A stretch of 64,000 bases of DNA, from the NCBI RefSeq assembly GCF_009914755.1, contig NC_060941.1; one strand, given 5' to 3'. Made by a program: the position numbers and the translations under genes. This DNA comes from the human T2T-CHM13v2.0 reference genome, Homo sapiens. Positions 14,551 through 29,983 of this stretch are shown here, piece by piece. Below the pieces are notes generated by a model. It was not told the DNA's origin. It saw only the letters and a program-made list of their open reading frames with translations, and did not search any database. Numbering within the stretch: position 1 is the first letter of the stretch; every line of letters begins with the position of its first letter.

Positions 14551-15922
14551 TGACCTCAAGTGATCCGCCTGCCTCAGCCTCCCAAAGTGCTGGGATTACA
14601 GGCATGAGCCACTGCACCTGGCCGGGAGATTTCTTAAAGAAGGATTTGCGTGCATGGAAGTGCCAGGTCATAGGGAGTGAACATTTTTGAAGTTACTGAT
14701 GCCTCTTGCTAAACAGCTTTCTGGAGTGGCAGCACCAATTTCACCCCCACCAGACCCTTGCAATCAGTGTTTCTTGAAGTCCTCTGCACCTGTCCCTGCT
14801 GGAAAGGCAGGAGAAACAGTTCAATAATGGCCCTGTGATCAGAACCTCGAGGGCCTGGGGGACTGGGTGGAGGTGGAACTGGTCTGATGAAGCTAGAGCA
14901 GCTCACCAGAAGGTGCCAGCCTGTGCCCGAGGCCCCTGGGTTGGGGTTGCACCAAGTACCTTCTCTGGGTGGAGAGTGAGCTCCCAGGCCCGAACTCTGT
15001 GTGCTGCACCCAGGCTCCAGGCACTGTGTGTGCCAAGGTGTTTGGGACATAGGGAGCAGCAAGTTTCACATGGTCCCAAATCTTCTGCTGGGAACTGGGC
15101 ACACACACTGTCAGAATGCACCCTAGAAGTGCATCAAAAGCAGGCTTCCCCCCTGAAAAATCCCTTGGCTGGGGTTTCCCTGGAAGGAAAGAACCCTCCT
15201 GTCCTCTGAATCTCTCCTCACCTACTGGAGCCGGGGCTTCCTGGGAACCAGGAGGTGGTCAGCTTGGCCATCCCACTCCCATCCCTCACCCATTCGCAGA
15301 CTGGGCTGAATAAATTGACATATTCTGAGAGGCAGAGCTCTCTCCCAGGCAACCTAGGATTGGCATCCATGGAATTCCAAGTTTCAGTGGATTTATGAGA
15401 CACATAAATATTACTCAGAGACACTCTCTTATTCCCACAGTACCACCAAGAGGGCCCAGCTCCCTCCTGACAGGTAGGGGAGAAAGACCACTCCCTTACC
15501 AGTTGACACTTTGCAATCCCCCATTTTGATACACCTTGGTTTGATGTTTGTACTTGAATACTCAGATCTGCAGTCTTTGGTATTTACGTGAGATTTTATT
15601 CAATCCCCTTAAACAAAAAGAAGCAACAAGTCACTGCTCACCTATCCTGAGAATGAGGGACTTTTGCTGGGAGGTAAAACTTCAGAAAAAATTGGAGGAA
15701 CATCAAAGAATTGCAAACATTTAGTTTTGCCAAATTAGGACAGTAAATATAACAAAAATAACAAACTGTCACTTACCAGTCCAGCTATTTCTTTAAAAGA
15801 AACTTTTTTTTTTTTTTTTGAGATGGAGTTTTTGCTCTGTCGCCCAGGCTGGGGTACAATGGCACAATCTTGCTCACTGCAACCTCCGCCTCCCAGGTTC
15901 AAGCGATTCTCCTGCCTCCTAA

Positions 15923-16111
<189 letters not shown>

Positions 16112-16844
16112 TAACACCAAAATGGATTATTTAAGGCCTCTCTTCCCCACCTTACTCTTGACAAAGAATTGGAGATTATGATTCTAATCCATTGAGGTCT
16201 ATTAAGGAGAAATTTGTAAATTCATCCAGGAAGTGGGTAAGGGAGGGGCATATAGGGGGAAAGAAAACAGACACAGAGAAGGTGGAAAGCGCCTAAGACA
16301 TGCAAGGGGCTGTGATGTGCTTTGGGGGAGTCTTCCCAGGAGCAGGGAAGAGCTCCCCGCCAGTATCACTTCAAGGTGTGGCAAGCAAGCACCTGGGTCT
16401 GACAGCTGGGACGGCACCATGGGGCTGGATGTGAGTGCCAAGGCCCTGAGTCTGATGCAAAGCAGCAGATCTACCCATCTGCAATCACACATGGGCTGGG
16501 ACAGAAGAGACAAAACCAGTGGCCCTTTCCTTACTGTCTTTCTTGCCTTTTTTTGGATTGACTAAGTTCTATTTTTGTTTTCTTATGCCATTCTTTTTCC
16601 TTCTACAGTATGGAGGTTATATCCTCTATTTTGAATCTTGAACTTTGTATTATACATAGGTTTTCAACAAAGACTACAGTTAATATCCTCACAATCCTTA
16701 ATTTTTCCTTGAATAATATAGGATCCCCAAACCCTTTAACTCCCATCACTTGCTCCTATCTTGCAGACCATTTTCTTCCAGTTTTTAATTCTGTCCTTTC
16801 CCTCTCTTTTTTTTTTTTTTCCAACAAACTGGACATCATTGTTA

Positions 16845-18695
<1,851 letters not shown>

Positions 18696-18696
18696 T

Positions 18697-18840
18697 TTAT
18701 CTTAATTTGGGCTGCTATAACAAAGTGCCATAGTGTTGGTGGCTTCTCAACAATAGAAATCGATTTCTCACAGTTCTGTAGGCTAGAGGTCCAAGATCAG
18801 GGTGCCAGCATGATCAGGTTTTGGTGAAAGCCCTCTTTTG
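18697..18840. mobile_element. MaLR (MLT1/MST-like) LTR fragment
   Basis: gggctgctataacaaa...tctcacagttctg.aggct.gaggtccaagatcagggtgccagca. Confidence 0.7.
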
Positions 18841-18841
18841 A

Positions 18842-20124
<1,283 letters not shown>

Positions 20125-20329
20125 TCAAAAAAAAAAAAAAAAAACAACTATCTTCCTCTTCAATGACACCTATGGAGTCCACTCATTAAAGATAAAGTGT
20201 TGGCTGGGCACGGTGGCTCACGCTTGCAATCTCAGCACTTTGAGTACTTTGGGAGGCTGAGGCAGGCAGATCACGAGGTCAGGAGTTTGAGACCAGCCTG
20301 GCCGGCATAGTGAAACCCCATCTCTACTA

Positions 20330-20572
<243 letters not shown>

Positions 20573-21480
20573 TCAACATACATGAGATGTCATGTGAACA
20601 AGAAATGAGTAACAAAGTTATTAAGTTGCTGAGATGTGGTGGTTGTTACAAGGGTTGGCCCCTCCTGACCTTCTGATCTAATTGATCTGGAGAAGGGCCT
20701 AGGCAATTGTTTTTTTAACCCCCCAGGTGATCCTAACGGGCAGCCAGAATTGAGAACCACTGGATTGGGACAGAAATACAAGTGCAGAGTTGCTTAGTAG
20801 AGAAATACTGAGTTTCCAGGAATGCCCCAGGAAATGGGAAGAAAGTTGTCCAGAAATGAGAGGAAAAAAAGAGAGGACAGAGAGGACCCAGCAACATGGT
20901 GGAGGCAAGGGACCAAAAGAGAAGTTGACCAGAAAGACATTCTTTGTGCTAGGAATGGTCAGAGGCTCTTTGGAATAGAGGTGTTTAATAATCAATGCCA
21001 AATTCCCATCAGAACTATGAGGTGATATGAACCCCCATGGATGCTTTGGGGAAATCAAAATAAGGGTGGTTGCTCATCTGGCCATTGCAGGGAGAAGGGA
21101 ACCGCCAAAGCTCCTGAGAATCCTCAGTGATCCCGAAGGAGTGGCACGCAGCTCCGCTGAATAACTCATTTAGGAAGAAAGCTGATCCCTTAACCCTGAA
21201 GGATTTGCCAAACATCGCCCTTGGGTGCTCTTTTGATGTCACCTATGGCCCCTGTTTCTGAGTACCTGGAAGCAATCCTAGTGTTACCACTGGGAGGGTC
21301 CATGACACTTTTACAGAAGATAAATCTGAAGCCCAGAGAGGTAGAGGGACCTGTTGGGGGCCACACAAGTTCCAGGTGGAGCTGAGTGAATTAGCCACAG
21401 CATGTCTGAGTCCTCGAGCCCCATGAATGCTCGCAGACACCTGGGTGCAGGCATTTTTTTTTTTAATTTTAGATTTTTAG

Positions 21481-22263
<783 letters not shown>

Positions 22264-22580
22264 TGAGTAGCTGGGACTACAGGCACGCACCACCATGCCT
22301 GGCTAATTTTTGTATTTTTGCTAGACACAGGGTTTCACTATGTTGGCCAGCCTGGTCTCCAACTCCTGACCTCAGGTGATCCACCCGCCTTTGCCTCCCA
22401 AAGTGCTGGGAGTACAGGAGTGAGCCACCACGCCCAGCCAATTTCACTATTTTTATGGCTGCATTATATCCCATGGTGTATATGTACCATATTTTCTTTA
22501 TCCAACCCACCACTGATGGACACCTAAGTTGATTCCATGTCTTTGCTATGGTGAATAGTGCTACGATAAGCATACAAGTG

Positions 22581-22999
22581 TGTTGGAGGCCAAAAGAATG
22601 AGGGTCGTGATCAACCCAGTATACCACTGGAGGCTATATGAGCAAACAGCAAACTGTTCTCATAATGCAGAATGTTGGCAAACTGACAAACTGCGTCTGC
22701 CACCCAGAAGGAATGCTGAGGGCAGTCACGCCCCAGGCGCAGTGTTTGTGATTATCTACAGGCACACCTGAAGCCTGTTAGCAATTATGTGAACCTGTGA
22801 TAAATCAAGCAGCTGACCAATGGTTACCTGCTCTTCCCTACTCTTTCTACCCAATAAATATGGAGGGCTGTGGAAGCTTAGGGCCCTTGCTCACTAGAAG
22901 CAAGAAGCCCCCAACCCCTTCTTTAAAACAGATTCTTTTGTCTTAAGTTTTCATTTCTGCGTTCATCCTCTTTTGTTCAGTCCCATAGTAACTGTCACA
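22581..22999 (+). mobile_element. 5' LTR (419 bp)
   Basis: TGTTGG...GTCACA; direct repeat of 24944-25351; followed by AG and the PBS. Confidence 0.92.
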
Positions 23000-23001
23000 A
23001 G

Positions 23002-23019
23002 TGGTGCCCAAACAGGGAT
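23002..23019 (+). other. Primer binding site, tRNA-Lys(UUU)-type
   Basis: TGGTGCCCAAACAGGGAT versus the Lys3 PBS TGGCGCCCGAACAGGGAC: three transitions, two of them at CpG. Confidence 0.85.
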
Positions 23020-23290
23020 GAACAGGGATAGGGACAGACAGGGACAGATAGAGACAAGCAGGGACTTGCAGGGACTCGTAGAGACTAGCAGAGACAGACA
23101 GGGACAGACAGGGACACGAACGAGGAGGGTCCGCTGGAGCAGAGAAAGTGAAACTGGCCAGACGAACGAGAAACCCCAGAACGAGTCTGCTGGCAGTGGA
23201 TATAAGGTCAGTGCCCTAAAAAAGTACTGGGATATAAGGTCAGGTCCCTAAAGAGGTACTGGGAGCGGGAAGTTTCTGAATCAGGGTAAC

Positions 23291-23900
23291 ATGGGGCAGA
23301 ATTTGTCCATTCTTTCTGTTTTTTCTGTTTGGGGTTTGGTCTGTACTGTCCTTTTGTCATTATTTCAAAATTTGAAAGAATTTTTTGCCCCACCCACAGC
23401 ACCTATCAAGGGCGGTGAATAGGAGAGGGAGGGTGAAGATTGGCCTGTACCGTCTTCTTTTGTGGCTGCAGAAATACTAACTTTAACTTTGGCTTTGAGA
23501 ATGCAAACGTGGATTGTAAGCATGCACTGGCACCTGTGAGATGTACAAGAAGCTTAGGAAATTTTCTCAGAGCTTGTCAAGATGTGGGAATTGAGCTTCA
23601 TCGCTCTACAATGTTGGCTCAAGCAATGGCTAGTTTAGTAGTTGATAAACCTAAAAGGAGCCAAGGGTCAAACCCTAAAGTGGGAAAGTGTTATAATTGT
23701 GGAAAAATTGGACATTTCAAAAAAGAATGCCGTCAGATCTCTGGAAAGAAGGGATCTTATAATACAGTTCCCTCCCGCACAATAGAAAAAAACACCAGGA
23801 CTTTGCCCTCCTTTGCAATAAAGGAAATGATTGGGCTAATCAATGCCATTCAAAATTTCATCAAAACAGCACCCCCCTGTGGGGAAATGAGAAGGGGGCC
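23291..23900 (+). pseudogene. ERV gag remnants: MGQNLS matrix start, capsid C-terminal piece, NC zinc knuckles
   Basis: ATGGGGCAG at 23291; GFENANVDCK...ACQDVG; CCHC knuckle CYNCGKIGHFKKEC at 23689-23730. The second knuckle near 23800-23860 is frameshifted and degenerate. Confidence 0.85.
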
Positions 23901-23999
23901 TGGATGTGGGCACCTCAAACAATGAGGGCATCCCCAGTCCAGCCCACAACTCCGTTTCAAGGGTGGGTTTCCGGAGGCACATTGATTCCCTCTCCCCAG

Positions 24000-24437
24000 G
24001 AACACCTGGAAGCACAGGATTGGGTATCCCAGTCAAAGAATGTGTTACTTTAGTTGGAGGAGACAAATCCACGAAGATTCCCACTGGGATTTGTGGACCT
24101 TTGCCAACAGGATACATGGGATTAATTTTAGGCAAAAGCTGTCTTAACTTACAGGGCATTACTGTAGTCCCAGGAGTTGTTAATTTGGATTATGAAGGAG
24201 AAATTCAAGTAGTGGTAATGTTACAAGATCTTTGGGTTTTGAACTGGGAGAATATATTGCTCAACTGTTGCTTATCTCCTGCAAATTACACCCTTCTCCA
24301 CGAAAGAAGAAACAAGGGAATCAAGGATTTGGAAGTACAACTCGGAGGGACATTTATCTATCACAACCAATAGCATCTAGTAGACCCACTTGTGCAGTGC
24401 AAATTAAAAGTTTTGTGGGCTTATGGATACGGGAGCA
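24000..24437 (+). pseudogene. ERV dUTPase plus protease N-terminal remnant
   Basis: KIPTG...GLILGKS...PGVVNLDYEGEI, then GEYIAQLL and GFGST (24325-24339) in a shifted frame; aspartyl-protease motif GLMDTGA near 24417-24437. Confidence 0.87.
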
Positions 24438-24439
24438 AG

Positions 24440-24780
24440 AGACCGGCCTCTGGCAGTAATGGATCTTGGAGATTTTTTTTTTTTACTATACCCTTACATG
24501 AGAAGGATAAGCCTCGATTTGTTTTCTGTGCCTTCTGTTGATTGGAGAAAGCCTGTTTCTCATTATCAATGGAAAGTTTTACCCCAAGGCATGCTCAGCA
24601 GTCCTACGTCATGTCAGCATTTTGTAGGAAAAGCATTAAGGAACCTCAGAATATGTTTCCCACTGCCTATAGATTTACTAACGTGGGGACGAGGGTATGC
24701 TTATGTTTTTATAGGAGATGGACAAACCATGTGGGTGCCCTCAAGGTGTGTGCAACCATGGAACAGGAGACTGGAGGGAC
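24440..24780 (+). pseudogene. ERV pol remnants: RT palm fragment fused to the integrase C-terminal fragment
   Basis: LAVMDLGDFFF...FSVPS...YQWKVLPQGMLSSPTSCQ (RT motifs A and B), then LLTWGRGYAYV...WVPSR (betaretroviral IN C-terminal domain). Confidence 0.87.
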
Positions 24781-24924
24781 CCATGGATCCCAACCATGGG
24801 CCTGGTTCCCCTGGTATGAGCCATGAGCCAGTTGAATCTGAGTGCAAAGACAGAGTGAGGACTGACCAGAGTCACACTGACATCAACCCCCATAACATGA
24901 GGACAGATTTTGTTCAATTAATGT

Positions 24925-24943
24925 AAAAACAAAAAGGGGGAGA
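24925..24943 (+). other. Polypurine tract
   Basis: aaaaacaaaaagggggaga immediately before the 3' LTR. Confidence 0.88.
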
Positions 24944-25351
24944 TGTTGGAGGCCGAAAGAATGAGGGTCATGATCAACTCAGTATACCACTGGAGGCTGT
25001 ATGAGCAAACTGTTCTCATAATGCAGAATGCTGGCAAACTGACAAACTGCGTCTGCCACCCAGAAGGAATGCTGAGGGCAGTCACACCTCAGGCGCAGTG
25101 TTTGTGATTATCTACAGGCACACATGAAGCCTGTCAGCAATTATGTGAACCTGTGATAAATCAAGCAGCTGACCAAAGGTTACCTGCTCCTCCCTGCTCT
25201 TTCTACCCAATAAATATGGAGGGCTGTGGAAGCTCAGGGCCCTTGCTCACTAGAAGCAAAAGCAAGGACCCCTTCTTTAAAGCAGATTCTTTTGTCTTGT
25301 TTTCATTTCTGCATTTGTCCTCTTTTGTTCGGTCCTGTAGTAACTGTCACA
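24944..25351 (+). mobile_element. 3' LTR (408 bp)
   Basis: Direct repeat of the 5' LTR with roughly 20-25 substitutions and a few indels by eye (about 94% identity). Confidence 0.92.
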
Positions 25352-25955
25352 AGTGGCGTACATCCTCCTTCATTCAGTCCCATAGTGACAGTCACACAAG
25401 TGCAGGTATCTTTTTGGTGGAACGATTTCTTCTCCTTTGGGTAGATGCCCAGTGATGGGATTGCTGGAATGAATGGTAGTTCTATGAGAACTCCCCAAAC
25501 AGCTTTCCACGGGGGCTGAACTAATGTACGTTCCCACCAATAGTGTATAAGCACTCCCTCTTGTCTGCAACTTCACCAGCATCTCTTATTTTTTGACCTT
25601 TTAATAGCCATTCTGACTGGTGTGAGATGGTAACTCATGGTAGTTTTGGTTTGCATTTCTCTGATGATTAGTGACGTAAAGCACTTTTTCATACATTGTC
25701 ACTTGTATGTCTTCTTTTGAGAAATGTCTGTTCATGTCCTTGGGTACAAGCACTTAGAAGGAGCATCTTCTGGGGATGGGGGAGTGTGCAGGGGCAAGAC
25801 AGAGGAAAGGAAGACATCGCAGAAAACAAGACATGTTGCTCTGACTTCCATTCTAGTAGTCATCTGTGCTGTGCTCCCCAGCTCTCACTCTCTCCCAAAG
25901 CCATCCATCCAACCCCAACCAAAGAAAAGCAGAGCCAGAAGCCTTTGCTTTCACA

Positions 25956-25961
25956 TTTAAT
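25956..25961 (-). terminator. Distal poly(A) signal ATTAAA of MPP2
   Basis: + strand tttaat. Downstream on the minus strand is the U/GU-rich ctctgcttttctttggttgggg. Confidence 0.62.
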
Positions 25962-26763
25962 CCAAGGAAAAAGAAAGAAAACCAATCAGTGAGAAAACTC
26001 AAGAATTGGATGGCTGAGGGAGGGAACAGAGGAAGCGCACTGGGGCTGGGACTGAATATGGACAGTGGATGGTAGGGTCCTCACTCTCTTGAGGTCCCTC
26101 AAATACAAGAGTCCACAATGGCAGGGAGGGAGAACAGAGTCATAGAGCTGTGGTGGGGGCACACACCTGTTCCAACCCAGCCCCAGCCCTGTTCCAGGTG
26201 AGCCAAGGACTGACAGCCTCTGCTAGGTACCTGGGAGGGCTGTGGAGTGAGGGCTCAGGCAGGGGAGGTAGGAGGCTGCTCAGAGAGGAAAGACCGAGAA
26301 GAGACAGGAGGGAAGGGCCCCAGGCCTGCCCCTTGAGCATCCCTAGCAGTGAAGGTGCCATGAAGGCCAGGTACCCAACCCATCTCCATCAGAGATGATG
26401 GTCATTTGGATCAAGGGGGCAGAAGCAACTGCAACAACAGATCTTCCCCTGCCTCTACCCTCAAATCCCCCAGAGAAGGTAGGAAATGGCAAGTGACCCT
26501 ATAGCCTCAGGTCAGCAAGAAAACACCCCATTTCCTTCCCACTCCCTTAGGCTGAGGGTGATGCAAGGCAGAGCTGAATCAGGATGAAAGGACACTGACT
26601 AAGGGAAAAGAGGAGCAGGAGAATGAGTGTGTAGTATACGCAGAGCCACACCAACGAGATGGGGGCAGGCCTGGCCTTTCCACCCCATGTGTATAGTCTA
26701 TGCAAATGCAAATGAGATTCCTAGTATAAGAAATATATTCTAACATTTGTAATAAATATTCTG

Positions 26764-26769
26764 TTTATT
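26764..26769 (-). terminator. Candidate proximal poly(A) signal AATAAA in the MPP2 3' UTR
   Basis: + strand tttatt inside an AT-rich patch of an otherwise GC-rich UTR. Confidence 0.45.
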
Positions 26770-27222
26770 CTCCTTCCCCTTCCCTAGGAAATGGGCACAC
26801 AGTGGTTCAGGGGCCAGCTTTGGCTGACGCTGCAGCGAAGACTAGTTAGACACTTGGAAGAACTGGGAGGCACAAGGGTTTGGACTCAGGGTGTCACAGG
26901 TTGTCCCCTCTGAGGACAGGCTCCCCCCGGAAGGAATGCAGAGAATAATGAAGGATGAGATGCCCAAGTACATCTAGGACAGCATTCTTTCTTAAAGGGA
27001 GTCTCCTATTTTACAAAACTGCCCTCCCCAAGTTATGGCAGGGGGGCATTTAGGGTAGGGGGACAATAAGACAAGGGAGGAGACATCAGGAAAGGACCAG
27101 GGCTTTGGAGTCTGGGATCAGGGTATTATAAGAAATGAGGGCTGATGGGGAACCCCCAGAAAGGGGCCCCAAAGAGTGACCTCCAAAACAAAACCCTTTG
27201 CTTCCTCCCCAAACTAAACCTG

Positions 27223-27264
27223 ACACACACACACACACACGCACGTGCACACGCACACACACAC
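27223..27264. repeat. (CA)n-type alternating purine-pyrimidine tract in the MPP2 3' UTR (UG-rich in the mRNA)
   Basis: acacacacacacacacacgcacgtgcacacgcacacacacac. Confidence 0.92.
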
Positions 27265-28386
27265 AACCTGGTGCCAGAGGCACAGACAGGTGCCGAACAT
27301 GCACGTGGAACCACAGGTTGTACAGACTACAGTGTAAATGGCGCCTCTGGAGTTGTGTGTGAGGAACCTCCTGGAGGGCAACTGTCCTTCAAGCCCAGGC
27401 TCCCAAGGTCCCCTCTGCACTCCTCCTTAGCCCCTCCAACCCAGCAGCCCTGATGCAAGTGGGCTACCTGGACCTGGCTAGACAGAAAACCAAATGGACC
27501 AAGGTCAAGGACATAGAGCTCAGACCTGTGCCTGCTGTGGGCCATGGAGAGCTTGGGGCTCTTCAGTTGGTAACAGCAGGTTGTCACAGGGCTCAGCCCT
27601 CCATCCTGCCCCTACCTGGGCTGAGCCCACTGGCCCCTGCCAGCCTGGCCCTGTGGGGAGCAGGGCTGACCTGTCAGGACACATTGGAGAAATCTGGAGA
27701 AACTTCGGCAGTGAGAAGCTGTGGATGAGGGAAGGACCGAGCAGCATCTGCCCTGCGACCCTGTCCCTTTCCAAAGGAGCTGGGAGCTGCAGTGCTCTGC
27801 AGCTGTGGCCACTGGCTCTCACTCTGACTCCTCCAGCCTTCAAGATGGCACCAGGCTGGCACCACCACCCGGGCCTGCCTGGCTGCCAGCGGGCCACACA
27901 TTCCCCTGGTCACACGGAAACAGCCCAAGGCCTGTTCCTCCGACACAGGGGTGAGAGGTGGGAGGAGTCCAGGAATGGGGTGGGTGTGGCCAGTCCAGAG
28001 GAGAACTGGTGACTGGGGAGGGGTGGCAGGGGGCAGTGTGCCTACTGACCATGTGGTCCCAAAGCAGCTTTTCTCTTCTCTGTACTGACCATTATGGAGG
28101 TGACTCTGACACATTCCTGGGCATAGCTTGGCCCTCAGAGATATCTGGTGACCAATGGGCATCAGGAGTGGGCAGCACCTGGGCACAAGGTACCCCATGA
28201 ATGCCCACCTCCCTGGCAGTGCACGCCTCTGTGCTGAAGCCAGACTTAGGGCCTGCTGGGAGCTGTTACCCAAGGACAGCCAGATATGGGGGCTAAGGAT
28301 TGTGGCAGGGGGTCACAGGTCAGGAGGGGGATGGATTCAGGTTCTGGGTTTCAACACAGAGTGAGCCAAGGACCAGGTGAACAGGC

Positions 28387-28563
28387 TCAGTACACCCAGC
28401 TGACAGGCACCCACTGGGGCTCTGTCCGTAGCTTCTCCATGGCTGTCTGGAGCTCGCGGAAGGTCCTCTCCAGGTTGCTATTGACCAGGCAGAGGTCAAA
28501 GTAGTGCCCGTAGCCCCGCTGGATGCGGCTGCTCTCCTCCACTGTCCGTCTCAGGTCCGCCTC
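28387..28563 (-). CDS. MPP2: MPP2 last coding exon: EADLRRTVEESSRIQRGYGHYFDLCLVNSNLERTFRELQTAMEKLRTEPQWVPVSWVY* (GK C-terminal part)
   Basis: CAG acceptor at 28566-28564; 177 nt; ends in the MAGUK-type WVP-x-x-W terminus. Confidence 0.97.
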   Translation of the reverse strand, partial: EADLRRTVEESSRIQRGYGHYFDLCLVNSNLERTFRELQTAMEKLRTEPQWVPVSWVY

Positions 28564-29854
28564 CTGCCCAGGCACAAGGGGACCTCCCTACAGTCAGTGC
28601 CCACAACTCACCCCCACTGTCAGAAGGAGCTACAGCTGCCCCCACTCCCCCTCCCCAAAGCCCAACCCTGGTGTGGACTCCCTGGCTAGGGAGGCAGGGG
28701 CCCCTCTCTGCGTGCCTCAAAGTGGCTCACCATCAACCACAGATGGTGAGTGAAAGGGAGGAAATAAGCTTTAATAACTGCCAATCACACCCCTAAATGC
28801 TTTGCATGCCACATAATCTTCACTACAGCTCTGCAAGATAGGATTAATTCTTTCCCATTTATAGCAGAGAAAATGAAGGTATAAAAAGGTCACATAGCCA
28901 GTCAGTGGCTAAACAGGGTCTGCCTGACTCTCAAGCCAGTGCTCCCTCAAGTCTGACTAGGCTGCCTTACCTATGCAGCTAGACAGGCTGGTACCAGGGC
29001 AATCCACAAGTACCCAGGGCAACCCCACCCTCGACCCAGTGGAAGCTGGATGGGCAGGGGTGAGGAAGGGTACTTGACAACTGACTTAAATAAGCTGAAG
29101 CTAGCTGCATCCCAACAGCTCCAGTTGGCCACACCTGTTGCCAAGGAGGAGGTGCCCAGAATGGGGATCAGGCAAAGGTCCAGAGCTCCTTAAGGGGGTC
29201 ATTGGCAGAAGGGGGCCAGCCTAGACAGCCTCTCCTGGGCCCCAGGCACGCTCTGACCTGGGGCCGGAATGCTGCAGCACCAGGCATGGCCAGCAGAGGG
29301 ACCCCTGCGCTCAGAGCGCCGCAAACCCTCCACCTCCTGGGAAGGCGCAGCAAGACATAGGAAGGAGGATGGGGCTGGAGTTCTGCAATGAGGCCTTGAA
29401 GCCTCTCCTCCAGGCGCTGCCTGCTCCCTGACGCTGACTCAGCCCTCCAGCCAGCCTTCCCGCCTCTGGCTTTCTCCTACCCTTCAGCTTTCCCCCAGCT
29501 GTAAGCAACCCAAGCTCACCTGGCCCACCTCCAGCCCACCTCTCCCAGTTGCCCTCGGGAACTCTCTCTGGCCAGCACTCTGTCTCTGCAGAGTGGGCTG
29601 AGCCGGGGGCCTTGAGTCAGAAGCACATGTATCCCAGGCTAGGTGTGTGCCTGGCTCACTCTGAGACTTTGGACTTCCTCTCTCAGACCTCCCCTTCCAC
29701 ATCTATGCAGGGGGGACCACGTCCTGCCTCACTGATAACTGGAGCAGGCCCCTGTCCCTCCCCAACACCACCTCCTTCTCTCTGTCAGCTCAGGCCTGTC
29801 CCCCACCACCCTAGGCAGCTATCAGACCCCTCCCCCACACCTCAGAGCCCTCAC

Positions 29855-29983
29855 CGTGAGCTGCTTGGTGGATATTCCACTCTCCAGCGCAGCCCTGTTC
29901 ATGGCCCGCAGGGTCTCGAAGTCTGGGGCCTCGATGAACACCACGTAAGGGACAAACTCGGCCGTTCGTAGCACCTTCACCGC
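29855..29983 (-). CDS. MPP2: MPP2 exon (129 nt), GK domain: AVKVLRTAEFVPYVVFIEAPDFETLRAMNRAALESGISTKQLT
   Basis: Acceptor cttctgcag and donor ACG|gtgagg; phase 0-0. Confidence 0.97.

Larger units (their letters stand above)
22581..25396 (+). mobile_element. Internally deleted betaretrovirus-like provirus, HERV-K(HML-6)/HERVK3 with LTR3-family LTRs
   Basis: Two TG...CA LTRs, a Lys-tRNA PBS, a PPT, gag/dut/pro/pol fragments, and a 6-bp TSD CAAGTG (22575-22580 and 25397-25402). Family assigned from the recalled LTR3 start TGTTGGAGGCCGAAAGAATGAGGGTC. Confidence 0.88.
25935..28386 (-). other. MPP2: MPP2 3' UTR (~2.4 kb; distal end approximate)
   Basis: Unique, repeat-poor sequence from the stop codon to a minus-strand ATTAAA at 25956-25961, just before the L1/ERV block. 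Confidence 0.72.

Noticed and set aside
23012-23125. Short spaced repeats that superficially resemble a CRISPR array
   Set aside because: 10-nt tandem degenerate units with no unique spacers, inside a retroviral leader in a mammalian genome; no cas genes.
23440-24926. Possible functional retroviral Gag/dUTPase/Pol proteins
   Set aside because: Frameshifts and large deletions; RT lacks the YxDD region and IN lacks the DDE core.
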